Of a stretch of 64,000 nucleotides of DNA, positions 21,136 through 29,709 are shown in pieces. The DNA is taken from assembly GCA_963845515.1 (NCBI GenBank), contig CAWJSR010000058.1:32001-96000 (forward strand). The letters run 5' to 3'. The first letter of the stretch is position 1. Each line of letters begins with the position of its first letter. Source of the stretch: an uncultured delta proteobacterium. Its GTDB lineage: Bacteria > Myxococcota > Myxococcia > Myxococcales > Anaeromyxobacteraceae. Position numbers and translations under genes: made by a program. The notes below the pieces were generated by a model. That model was not told where the DNA came from. It saw only the letters and a program-made list of their open reading frames with translations, and did not search any database.

Positions 21136-22308
21136 ATGAGCGTCGCGCGCAACGTCCCCCGCCTCCTCGCCCTCAGGTTCCTCTCCGACTTCATCGTCGT
21201 GATGCCGGCCATCGTGCCGGTCTACCGGCAGGCGGGGCTCTCGGCGACCGAGATCATGCTGGTGCAGGCGATCTTCTCCGCGGCGGGGCTGGCCTTCGAG
21301 GTGCCGTCAGGCTTCCTCGCCGACGTCGCGGGTCGCCGCCGGGCGCTCCTCCTCGGGATGGGGGCCCAGGCGCTCGCCATGGTGGGCTACGGCGTCGCGC
21401 GCGGCTTCTGGACCTTCGCCGCGGCGGAGGTGGCGCTCGCCTTCGCCCACAGCCTCCTCTCAGGCACCGCGTCGGCCATCCTCTTCGACTCGCTCCGCGC
21501 CGCCGGCGACGAGGAGCGCTACCACCGGATGGAGGGGCGCGCCGAGGCGCTCACCCGGCTCGGGACGGCGGTCGCCGCGATCCTCGGCGGCTTCCTGGCC
21601 GTCGTGTCCCTGCGCCTGCCGTTCGCCGTCAACGCCGCGACCGCGCTCGCCGGATGCTTCATCGTCCGGTCGCTCGTGGAGCCGCCGCGCGAGCGGCTCG
21701 CCGGCCACACCCCGCTCCGCGAGCTGCTGACCGTCTCCTTCGCGGCGCTCCGGGACCGGCGGCTGCAAGGCACGATGCTCCTCTCCGCCGCCCTCTTCGC
21801 GACCGGCATCACGGGGATCTGGGGCTACTTCCTGCGGCTCACCGGCGCGGGGATCTCGGTGGCCGCCTATGGCCTCTACTTCGCGGCCTTCCAGGCCGCC
21901 TCCGCGGTGGGCGCCGCGACGTCCGCCCGGATCTCGGGCCTCCTCGGCCGCAAGGGGAGCGTGGCGCTGCTCGGGATCGTACCGGCCACGCTCGTCGCGT
22001 GCGCGGCGGACGGGAGCTGGAGGCCGCTCCTCCTGACGCCGCTCGCGTCCGCCGCCTGGGGCTTCTCCACTCCGTTCCTGCTCGAGCTGCTCAACAAGAA
22101 CATCGCCTCGGATCGAAGGGCGACCGTCCTCTCCGTCTCGGCGATGCTCGGCCGCGTCCTGCTCGTCGGGATCGGCCCCGCGTTCGGCTGGCTCACGGAC
22201 CGCTTCTCGGATCGCGCCGCGTTCGGCGCGCTGGCGGGCGTATTCCTCGTCCTCGCCGCCGCGGCCGGGCTCCTCCACCGCCGGGCGGGGGCCACCGCAA
22301 CCCTTTGA
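21136..22308 (+). CDS. MFS transporter
   Basis: FEVPSGFLADVAGRR motif A; about 12 hydrophobic segments. Confidence 0.9.
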   Translation: MSVARNVPRLLALRFLSDFIVVMPAIVPVYRQAGLSATEIMLVQAIFSAAGLAFEVPSGFLADVAGRRRALLLGMGAQALAMVGYGVARGFWTFAAAEVALAFAHSLLSGTASAILFDSLRAAGDEERYHRMEGRAEALTRLGTAVAAILGGFLAVVSLRLPFAVNAATALAGCFIVRSLVEPPRERLAGHTPLRELLTVSFAALRDRRLQGTMLLSAALFATGITGIWGYFLRLTGAGISVAAYGLYFAAFQAASAVGAATSARISGLLGRKGSVALLGIVPATLVACAADGSWRPLLLTPLASAAWGFSTPFLLELLNKNIASDRRATVLSVSAMLGRVLLVGIGPAFGWLTDRFSDRAAFGALAGVFLVLAAAAGLLHRRAGATATL

Positions 22309-22362
22309 ACCCTCCCGCCGGGTGTGGCACAACCTCCGGTCTGCTTCCCACGGAGAGCCTGC

Positions 22363-22977
22363 GTGCAACTAGTCTGCCTAGACCTGGAAGGCGTCCTCGT
22401 CCCCGAGATCTGGATCACGTTCGCGGAGCGGACCGGCATCCCCGAGCTGCGGCTGACCACGCGCGACGAGCCCGACTACGACAAGCTGATGCGCTACCGG
22501 CTCGACCTGCTGCGGACGCACAAGCTGGGGCTCCCGGACATCCAGGCCGTCATCGCCGGGATGGGCCCCCTGGGGGGGGCGAAGGACTTCCTCGACTCCC
22601 TGCGCCAGCGGTACCAGGTCGTCATGCTGTCCGACACCTTCTACGAGTTCGGCATGCCGCTGATGGCGCAGCTCGGGATGCCGACGCTCTTCTGCCACCG
22701 GCTGGAGACGGACGCGCAGGGCTTCGTCGTCGCCTACCACCTGAGGATGCCCAACCAGAAGGCGGCCGCCGTGAAGGCGTTCAGGGACCTGAACTTCCAG
22801 GTCATCGCCGCAGGAGACTCGTACAACGACACCGCCATGCTCATCGAGGCGCACGCGGGGATCCTGTACCGCCCGCCGCACAACGTGATCGCCGAGTTCC
22901 CGCAGTTCCCGGTCGTGAAGGACTACACGGCGCTCCGGACCGCGATCGACGACGCCGGGCGGCGGCTGGGGGAGTGA
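22363..22977 (+). CDS. thrH: Phosphoserine phosphatase/homoserine phosphotransferase ThrH
   Basis: CLDLEGVLVPEIW, TTRDEPDYD, LSDTFYEF, AAGDSYND. Confidence 0.95.
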   Translation: MQLVCLDLEGVLVPEIWITFAERTGIPELRLTTRDEPDYDKLMRYRLDLLRTHKLGLPDIQAVIAGMGPLGGAKDFLDSLRQRYQVVMLSDTFYEFGMPLMAQLGMPTLFCHRLETDAQGFVVAYHLRMPNQKAAAVKAFRDLNFQVIAAGDSYNDTAMLIEAHAGILYRPPHNVIAEFPQFPVVKDYTALRTAIDDAGRRLGE

Positions 22978-22978
22978 G

Positions 22979-23422
22979 TTGGGCCGCGCGATCGCCGCCG
23001 TCCTGACCGCCGCGATCGTCGCCTCCTGCAGCGCGAAGCCGGCGCTCCGCTCCTTCTACAGCGACGGCTGCAGCCTCTTCCCCGACGGCAAGGTGGGCGA
23101 TCGCAAGCTCTGGTGCGACTGCTGCTTCGCGCACGACGTCGCCTACTGGATGGGCGGGACCGAGGCGGATCGGGCGAGCGCTGACGAGCGGCTGCGCGAG
23201 TGTGTCCGCGCGCGGACCGGCGACGAGCGGCTGGCTGAGCTCATGTACGAGGGGGTCCGGATCGGCGGCTCGCCGGTCTTTCCGAACTGGTACCGATGGG
23301 CCTACGGCTGGACGTATGGCCGCGGCTACGAGCCACTCAGCGGGCCAGAGCAGGCCCAGGCGAGCGCACGTCTGGCCGAGTACTACGCGACGCACCGCGG
23401 CGGCTACTGCGCGAGCGAGTGA
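22979..23422 (+). CDS. Putative lipoprotein with phospholipase A2-like Cys/His-Asp motif
   Basis: Lipobox-like IVASC; SDGCSLFPDG..WCDCCFAHDVAYWMGG..ADERLRECV. Confidence 0.65.
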   Translation: MGRAIAAVLTAAIVASCSAKPALRSFYSDGCSLFPDGKVGDRKLWCDCCFAHDVAYWMGGTEADRASADERLRECVRARTGDERLAELMYEGVRIGGSPVFPNWYRWAYGWTYGRGYEPLSGPEQAQASARLAEYYATHRGGYCASE

Positions 23423-23432
23423 CCCCGGGGAT

Positions 23433-23469
23433 CCCCTCTCCCCCACCGGGGGAGAGGGCAGGGTGAGGG
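23433..23469 (+). repeat. Palindromic REP-like element between convergent genes
   Basis: CCCCTCTCCCCCACCGGGGGAGAGGGCAGGGTGAGGG, near-identical to the copy at 500. Confidence 0.88.
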
Positions 23470-23476
23470 AGCGGCC

Positions 23477-24640
23477 TCAGACCCTCATCACGGCATCGCT
23501 CAGGTTGCACAGCCTGTCCCCGCCGCGCTCCGTGACCGCGTAGTCGTTCTCCACGCCGACGGCCCCCAGCCCGGGGAAGACGAACTTGGGCTCCAGTGCG
23601 ACCACCTGGCCGGCCAGGAGCGGCTCCTTGAACCCCGGCGCGATGATCGGCAGCTCGTCCAGCTCCAGCCCGATGCCGTGCGCGACGAAGCGAGCCTGGT
23701 CGCCTGGCGGCCCCATGAACTTGTCGCCGAGCCCCTCCCGCTCGGCGCGCCCCTTCGCCAGCTCCCACAGCTCCGCGGGGACGGCGCCTGGCTTCAGCGC
23801 GGCCGCGACCTCCTCCTGGATCGCGATCGCCACCTCGTGCGCGCGCGCGAGCTCGTGCGGCAGCTCCCCGACCACCGCGGTCCGAGTCATGTCGACGACG
23901 TAGCCCTTGTAGACGCAGCAGTAGTCGACGAGGACGGGCTCACCCCTCCGGATGACGTGCTCGCTCGACCCCGCCGGGTAGGCGGCGTGGAGCCCCTGCC
24001 CCACCACGGGACCGTCGAAGCAGCCCGGCTCGGCGGCGGCCGCGCCTGCCACCGCGATCCCCATCCACATCTCGTTGTTGAAGCCACGCATGCGCGGCGC
24101 CCCCTCGCTCCCCGAGCGGCGCAGCCGTGACTCGATCTCCACCGACAGATCGAGCTCGCGCATGCCCGCGCGGAGGAACCGCGGGATGTCGGCGAGGACC
24201 GCGCCGAGCCTGCCGGCCGCGTCGCGCTGGGCGGCGATCTCCATCGCGCTCTTCACCGACCGCTGCGCGCGCAGCGGCGCCGAGAGGTCCACGAGCTCCA
24301 CCGCCGGGAGCTGCTTGCGCCACCAGTCGAGCGTCGCCTGCGGCGCGGCGTCGAACGGCGTGCCGACCCGCCCGGAGCAACTCAGCGTCGCGGCCAGCTC
24401 CTTCGACGGCGGGAACGGGCGCACGTCGCCGATCGCCCCCTCCGCCCGGGCGCGGGCGAAGCTCTTGCGCACGAGCAGCAGCGGCGCGGCGTCGGCTGGA
24501 ACCCAGAGCACGCCGTTCTGGCGCGTCCCCGCGTAGTAGAGGACGTCGACGGCGGCGAGGATCAGCGCACCGGCGAGCCCCTTCTCGCGGAGCGCCTCCT
24601 GGAGCCGTGCGACGCGTGAGAGGTGCTCTTCCGGCTTCAT
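23477..24640 (-). CDS. Xaa-Pro peptidase family (M24)
   Basis: RSVKSAME, GYVVDMTRT, HGIGLELDELP, LEPKFVFPG, GVENDY. Confidence 0.93.
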   Translation of the reverse strand: MKPEEHLSRVARLQEALREKGLAGALILAAVDVLYYAGTRQNGVLWVPADAAPLLLVRKSFARARAEGAIGDVRPFPPSKELAATLSCSGRVGTPFDAAPQATLDWWRKQLPAVELVDLSAPLRAQRSVKSAMEIAAQRDAAGRLGAVLADIPRFLRAGMRELDLSVEIESRLRRSGSEGAPRMRGFNNEMWMGIAVAGAAAAEPGCFDGPVVGQGLHAAYPAGSSEHVIRRGEPVLVDYCCVYKGYVVDMTRTAVVGELPHELARAHEVAIAIQEEVAAALKPGAVPAELWELAKGRAEREGLGDKFMGPPGDQARFVAHGIGLELDELPIIAPGFKEPLLAGQVVALEPKFVFPGLGAVGVENDYAVTERGGDRLCNLSDAVMRV

Positions 24641-25653
24641 CGTCCCGACTCCTCTGCCTGGTGCAGGCGCGGCGCAAGCCAGCGGAGCGACGCGTCGAAC
24701 CGGTAGTTGATCCCCATGTGTCCGTCCTCGAACTCCTGGTGCTCGACCTCGACGCCGCCGCCGCGGAGCGCGCTCGCCACCATCCGCGCGCCCCAGCGGA
24801 GGTTGAACTCGTCCCGGGTGCCGCAGTCGACGAAGACGCCCCCGAGGCGCCTGAAGGCGTCGAGCCGGCGGGGCACGGTCCGGACCGGATCGTGCTCGAG
24901 CCACCGCGACCAGACCTCTTCGAGGATCCGCCCCGAGGGCAGCTCGAACGGCAGCTCCAGCCCCAGCGGCGCGCCTGCGCGGGGCGAGTAGTGGGCCGCC
25001 ATCCCGATCATGTTGAGCACCGGGTGATCGCTCCCCGAGAGCTTCGTCTCGCGCGCCCGCTGCTTCATCGCCTCCAGCCACGCCGCGGCGTCGGTCGCCG
25101 CCGCGAGCGCCGACGCCGCCTTCGGGAGATCCGGCAGGTAGCAGTACTCGAAGTAGGCGTCGGCGGCGTGGGCGCCGACGGAGCCGAAGACGTCCGGGCG
25201 CGTGCCCCCGAGGTGCAGCGCGCCGAAGCCACCCGAGCTCTTCCCGACCACCGCGCGCGCCTCGCGCCGCGGGATCGTCGGCAGCTGGCCGTCGGCGAAC
25301 CCCACGACGTCGTCCGCCACGTAGTCGGCGTAGCGCCCCACCGCCGGGGCGTTCATCCACTGCGTGCCACCCACTCCGGTGAACCCGTCCGGGAAGAGCG
25401 CGATGACCGGAGGGATCTCCCCGCGCGCGATGAGCGCGTCGATCCGCTCCGGGACGGTGGGCTGGAAGGCGCTCGGTGAGAGCCAGCCCCTGCCCGTCCC
25501 GGTGAAGCCGTGGAGGAAGGTGACGGTCGGGAAGCGACGGCCCCCGGCGCCTGGCGGCACGTAGGCGACGAGCGTGCGGCGCGACGGATCGCCGAGCGGG
25601 TTGCCGCGCAGCGAGGGGGCGTCGAGCTCCAGCTCCAGCAGGCTGCCCTGCAT
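24637..25653 (-). CDS. Putative esterase (alpha/beta hydrolase)
   Basis: GNPLGDP, LHGFTG, GKSSGGFGA nucleophile elbow, EFEDGH. Confidence 0.9.
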   Translation of the reverse strand: MQGSLLELELDAPSLRGNPLGDPSRRTLVAYVPPGAGGRRFPTVTFLHGFTGTGRGWLSPSAFQPTVPERIDALIARGEIPPVIALFPDGFTGVGGTQWMNAPAVGRYADYVADDVVGFADGQLPTIPRREARAVVGKSSGGFGALHLGGTRPDVFGSVGAHAADAYFEYCYLPDLPKAASALAAATDAAAWLEAMKQRARETKLSGSDHPVLNMIGMAAHYSPRAGAPLGLELPFELPSGRILEEVWSRWLEHDPVRTVPRRLDAFRRLGGVFVDCGTRDEFNLRWGARMVASALRGGGVEVEHQEFEDGHMGINYRFDASLRWLAPRLHQAEESGR

Positions 25654-26297
25654 CACATCCCGAAGGAGCCGCGGACTCCCACCGTGAGCCACGAGTGGCT
25701 AGCCGAGTTCGCGAGGGAGCCGGAGCCGGTCACGTCGAAGAGGTCGATGTATCCGTCGCGCTCGATCCGGTTGTACTCGCCGAAGGAGTAGCCGACGAAC
25801 GCGCCCACCTTGGACGCCTCGCTCGTCCACGCGTCGACGCCCACCTCGAACCCAAGCTCCCATCCGCGCAGCGTCTGCGTGTAGTCGGTGCCGTCGTTGG
25901 GGACCGACTCGTTGAGGAGGTCCCACTCGAAGCCGAAGCGGGCGCCGATGAACGGCGAGATCCCCTGCCCGGAGAACGCATGCTCGGCCTTCACGCCGAC
26001 GCGCCAGAGGTGCTCGTCGCAGGTGCCGGACCAGGCGTCGCAGTAGTCGGCGAAGTCGGCGTCCAGCGCGACGGGCGCGTAGCTGCCGTAGAGGCCGACC
26101 GTGGTCTGCTGGGCGACTGCCACGTTCAGGCTCAGCTCGATGGGGATGGCCAGCCCGATGTCGTTGGTCATCGCGTAGCCATCCCACTTGTCGCCTCCGG
26201 GGAAGGCGAGCCCGAGCTGAACCCCGAGGTTCGAATTAGCGCTCGCGGAGAGAGGGAAGAGGAACGCCAGCCCTGCAACGAAGAGTGCCTTGCGCAT
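25653..26297 (-). CDS. Outer-membrane beta-barrel protein
   Basis: Signal peptide, alternating strands, C-terminal HSWLTVGVRGSFGM; AGGAG RBS. Confidence 0.8.
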   Translation of the reverse strand: MRKALFVAGLAFLFPLSASANSNLGVQLGLAFPGGDKWDGYAMTNDIGLAIPIELSLNVAVAQQTTVGLYGSYAPVALDADFADYCDAWSGTCDEHLWRVGVKAEHAFSGQGISPFIGARFGFEWDLLNESVPNDGTDYTQTLRGWELGFEVGVDAWTSEASKVGAFVGYSFGEYNRIERDGYIDLFDVTGSGSLANSASHSWLTVGVRGSFGM

Positions 26298-26337
26298 ATG
26301 CAGCTCCTGGAAGTGGTCAACAAGGCGCAGTCTACAA

Positions 26338-26985
26338 CTACAGCGTGAACTTCCCGCGGACACCGATGGAGATCCAGCCATGCATTTCGGGGCTGGTGAT
26401 CGCGCCTGCGTCCTCGGTGCCGAGCCCTGCCACCTCCCTCTTCAAGGAGCGCGACAGCAGCTGGCCGAACGACGCGCCTACGAAGGCCCCCATCTGGAGC
26501 CCCTTCGCGAGAGGAAGGTCCGCCCCGGCCTCGATCCCTGCCAGCCAGCCGCTTCGCGTGAACCGGTCCCAGTTGTCGGCGCTGGTCTCCCAGCGCTCGA
26601 CCTCCCACTCCCAGCCGAGCGTCGCCGCGACGAAAGGCAGGAAGTCCCCCTTCGCCGCGGCGTACTCGCCGCGCGCGGCCAGGCGCCACAGGTGCACCGA
26701 GCAGTCCCTGCCGGTCGCGCTGCAGTCGTTGGTCCAGGCGTCGGAGATGGAGCCGAAGCCGTAGCCTCCCTGCAGCCCGACCTCGAGGTCCGGGGCGAGC
26801 AGCCAGCCGACGCTCGCCTCGACGGGGAAGACGCGCGCGACGATCTCATCGGCGCGCTTCCCGGCCTCCAGCTCTCCGAGCGGCACCGCCGCGCCGGCGC
26901 GCACGCCGAGCACGAGCTGCGCCGTCGTGACCGTGGGTGCAAGGAGCGCGCAGCCGAGGACCGTGAGCTTGAGGAGTCGATCCAT
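26338..26985 (-). CDS. Outer-membrane beta-barrel protein (paralog of its neighbour)
   Basis: Signal peptide; C..C..HLWR loop; C-terminal HGWISIGVRGKFTL. Confidence 0.8.
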   Translation of the reverse strand: MDRLLKLTVLGCALLAPTVTTAQLVLGVRAGAAVPLGELEAGKRADEIVARVFPVEASVGWLLAPDLEVGLQGGYGFGSISDAWTNDCSATGRDCSVHLWRLAARGEYAAAKGDFLPFVAATLGWEWEVERWETSADNWDRFTRSGWLAGIEAGADLPLAKGLQMGAFVGASFGQLLSRSLKREVAGLGTEDAGAITSPEMHGWISIGVRGKFTL

Positions 26986-27008
26986 TTGGGTAGCCCCGGA
27001 GTGGAGAG

Positions 27009-27356
27009 TCACTGCCTACGGGCGCAGGAGACCTCGCAGCGCGCGATGATCTGCGCCGAGCGCTCCACCAGCGCGGCGGCCTCCTGGTAGAGCGCGTCGG
27101 ATTCGTCCGGCGCCGAGGCGTCACAGTCGCCGGCGCGCTCGACGAGCGCCGCCGCCTTCAAGAGATACTGGTGGGAGAGGAGCAGGTCGCGGCCGAGGCG
27201 CGAGCCCTGCCGGGTGAAGATGGTGCCGCACTGGAAGAGGCGTGAGAGCAGGCGCCGCGCGGAGTCGTCGACGGCGCCGCAGCGCTCCCCCAGCTCGCGC
27301 AGCCGCCGCGCGTCCCGCGCCTGCGCGAGGTCCACCACGGCGGACCGGGTGACCAT
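27009..27356 (-). CDS. Hypothetical helical protein
   Basis: AVVDLAQARDARR..LFQCGTIFTRQGSRLGRDLL; high GC3; promoter motif upstream. Confidence 0.65.
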   Translation of the reverse strand: MVTRSAVVDLAQARDARRLRELGERCGAVDDSARRLLSRLFQCGTIFTRQGSRLGRDLLLSHQYLLKAAALVERAGDCDASAPDESDALYQEAAALVERSAQIIARCEVSCARRQ

Positions 27357-27374
27357 TCGTTGCGAGCGTGGAGC

Positions 27375-27425
27375 CGCCGAAGGCATGGGCACCATGATGG
27401 TGGCAGCCCGGGGCGGCGGGGTCAA
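27375..27425. repeat. 51-bp direct repeat, left copy (contains a minus-strand sigma70-like promoter)
   Basis: CGCCGAAGGCATGGGCACCATGATGGTGGCAGCCCGGGGCGGCGGGGTCAA; 2 mismatches to 29565..29615. Confidence 0.92.
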
Positions 27426-28078
27426 TCACGGCGCGCGGGACGGATGCCGCGCGGTCCGCGCTCGTCGAACTCCTCGCGGCCGTCGACGCTGACCTAGTCG
27501 TCGAGGAGCCGCTTCTTCCCGCCGACCCGATCGCCTTCGTCGCGCGCCGCGCTGGCGCGCACGTCTGGGTCGCCGGCCCGCCAGACGTTACGTCGCTCAG
27601 GATCGCCGCCGGAATCGATCGCGGCGCGCCACGCGCCTCCGCCGCCCTTCTCGCCCGGCCGCGCACGCGTCCCGGGGCCTCTCTGTCTCTGCCACCTCGT
27701 CAGGATCGGCCACCGGAGGGCGCACTCCGGGAAGCGCTCACGTCACGCTGGGGAGCGAGCGCGACGGACGAGCGGTGAAAGAGCACGCCGACCACCCCCA
27801 CCCCTTGGTCTGTTGCCACGGTCCGTGAGTCTCGTCACCGTCAACGGTGATCGCTTGTGCTTCCATGGCGCTGGGGCCTTTCCTGTGGCATGTATGAGCT
27901 TCGACGATCCATACCTACCTGAGAACGGGCCCCCACCTCACTTCACGTCCGCCTCAACCCTGCGGAATCACGCTGCGAACCGTCGTCGCAGAAGATCCAC
28001 ACCCATTGCAGTCCCCGCCCGCAGGAGGCGGAGATTCCTTGGCACCGTCGCGCCCTTCGAGCTGCACCGGGAGACACC

Positions 28079-28981
28079 TTGAGCGAAACGAAGGATCGCA
28101 GCGCCCCTCGGCTGTTCGTCGACGCGGACGTGAATGTGCACCGGGGGAAAGACGCTGCGACCCGGCTCGAGCGCCAGAACGACGCCCGGTACTATGAGGC
28201 GGGACGCGGCGTCGTCCGGATCGATAGCGAGCGATGGGCCGAAGCGCAGCGCTACGAGCGCAAGACGTGGATGGAGCTCAACCTCCGCGCGAACGACGAC
28301 CACAACCGCCGGCACCTCGCGCGCTTCGGCGGGTACGAGGCGCTCCGTGACCGGAGCTTCCGGCGCGGAATCGAGCTCGGATGCGGCCCCTTCACGAACA
28401 TGCGGCTCATCCTGGGGCTCGCCGAGATCCACGACATCCACCTGCTCGATCCGCTCGTGCGCCACTACGTCAATCATCCGCTCTGCCGCTATCACGGGAG
28501 CCGGTTCGGAGGGATCCCGCGTCTCTCGGCCCTCGGCCGGTTGCTCCGGGCGGGACAGCTGCGCGAAATCGCGAACGGCGTCCGGATCGGTGGGCTGCGG
28601 GGGCGCCCGGTGACGCTCGAGGCGAGCACCGCGGAGGACTTCGAGACGCCTCACCGGTTCGACCTCGCGGTGATGATCAACGTCATCGAGCACTGCCGCG
28701 ACCTGAACCGGATCATCGCGACGATCGATCGGATCCTCGAGCCCGGCGGAACGTTCGTGTTCAACGACCGAGGCTGGGATCCGCCGGATCTCGAGCGTTC
28801 GCTCGACCAGCTCTACGATGCCGGACACCCGTTGCGCGTCGGCCGCCCCGTGCTGGAGGAGTGGCTCGCGTCGAGGTTCGACCCGGTGTTCCGGACCGAC
28901 GTCGCGGAGAATGAAGAGGTCGTCCCTGGCATTCGGCTCTCCCGCACCGCGATCTACTTCATCGGTCGCAAGAAAGCGTGA
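28079..28981 (+). CDS. Class I SAM-dependent methyltransferase
   Basis: IELGCGP motif I, FDLAVMINVIEH, ILEPGGTFVF; GGGAG RBS before TTG. Confidence 0.85.
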   Translation: MSETKDRSAPRLFVDADVNVHRGKDAATRLERQNDARYYEAGRGVVRIDSERWAEAQRYERKTWMELNLRANDDHNRRHLARFGGYEALRDRSFRRGIELGCGPFTNMRLILGLAEIHDIHLLDPLVRHYVNHPLCRYHGSRFGGIPRLSALGRLLRAGQLREIANGVRIGGLRGRPVTLEASTAEDFETPHRFDLAVMINVIEHCRDLNRIIATIDRILEPGGTFVFNDRGWDPPDLERSLDQLYDAGHPLRVGRPVLEEWLASRFDPVFRTDVAENEEVVPGIRLSRTAIYFIGRKKA

Positions 28982-28989
28982 GGCTCTTG

Positions 28990-29120
28990 CGAACCCGTCC
29001 CTGAAGAACGCCGACTTCCGGCAGCTCTTCGCGGTCCCCTCGCGCGCCACTGCTAGCCGCTAGCTGGCGCGGCCGGTGACGCAGGGCTACCTGATCCCGG
29101 AGGGGGAGCGTCGCCTACAC
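28990..29120 (+). pseudogene. Winged-helix HTH fragment with in-frame TAG
   Basis: LKNADFRQLFAVPSRATASR*LARPVTQGYLIPEGERR reads in one frame across the TAG at 29061. Confidence 0.5.
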
Positions 29121-29179
29121 GCCAGCCGAATGGAAGTAGAAGTCGAGCATGGCGTTCAGCGGCGCCGGGTCGCGCTTCA

Positions 29180-29565
29180 ATCCCGCTTCCTCGCGGACGC
29201 CAGGATCCCCGTCGACAACAACGCCTCCGAGCGCGCCCTACGGGCCGCCGCCCTCGGCCGGAAGAACTGGCTCTTCGTCGGCCACGACGAATCAGGCGCG
29301 AACGTCGCCGGCCTCTTCTCGCTCATCGCGACGTGCGAGGCGAACGGCGTAAACCCGACCTCGCCGACGTGCTCATGCGCGTGCAGACCCACCCGGCGTC
29401 GCGCATCGACGAGCTGCTACCACACAACTGGAAGCCGCCAACGCTCCAGCCGTCGGACTGAAGCAGGCCGGCGGCGACCACGAACACGACCGAAACGAAC
29501 ACGAGCCCGCCGATCCGGCGGGAGACAGGAGGGCTACGTCAAGACGTCCAGGGCCGATTGGTTAC
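29180..29565 (+). mobile_element. IS66-family remnant: TnpC C-terminus (frameshifted) and right end
   Basis: PVDNNASERALRAAALGRKNWLFVG..LIATCEANGVNP / LADVLMRVQTHPASRIDELLPHNW (stop at 29461); ends in TTAC at 29565, as IS66 termini do (GTAA on the other strand). Confidence 0.9.
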
Positions 29566-29615
29566 GCCGAAGGCATGCGCACCATGATGGTGGCAACCCG
29601 GGGCGGCGGGGTCAA
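29565..29615. repeat. 51-bp direct repeat, right copy
   Basis: CGCCGAAGGCATGCGCACCATGATGGTGGCAACCCGGGGCGGCGGGGTCAA. Confidence 0.92.
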
Positions 29616-29709
29616 CGGGGAGGGCCGCCCCGGCCGCAGGACAGCCATCACCCCTTCCCTTCACCATCGTGACGTCAGCCCACGCGCTCAAGCCGTTGCG
29701 CTACCCAAG

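Noticed and set aside
27430..27780. Plus-strand open stretch (DAARSALVELLAAVDADL...)
   Set aside because: No start codon or RBS and no recognisable motif; at most an unassignable gene fragment
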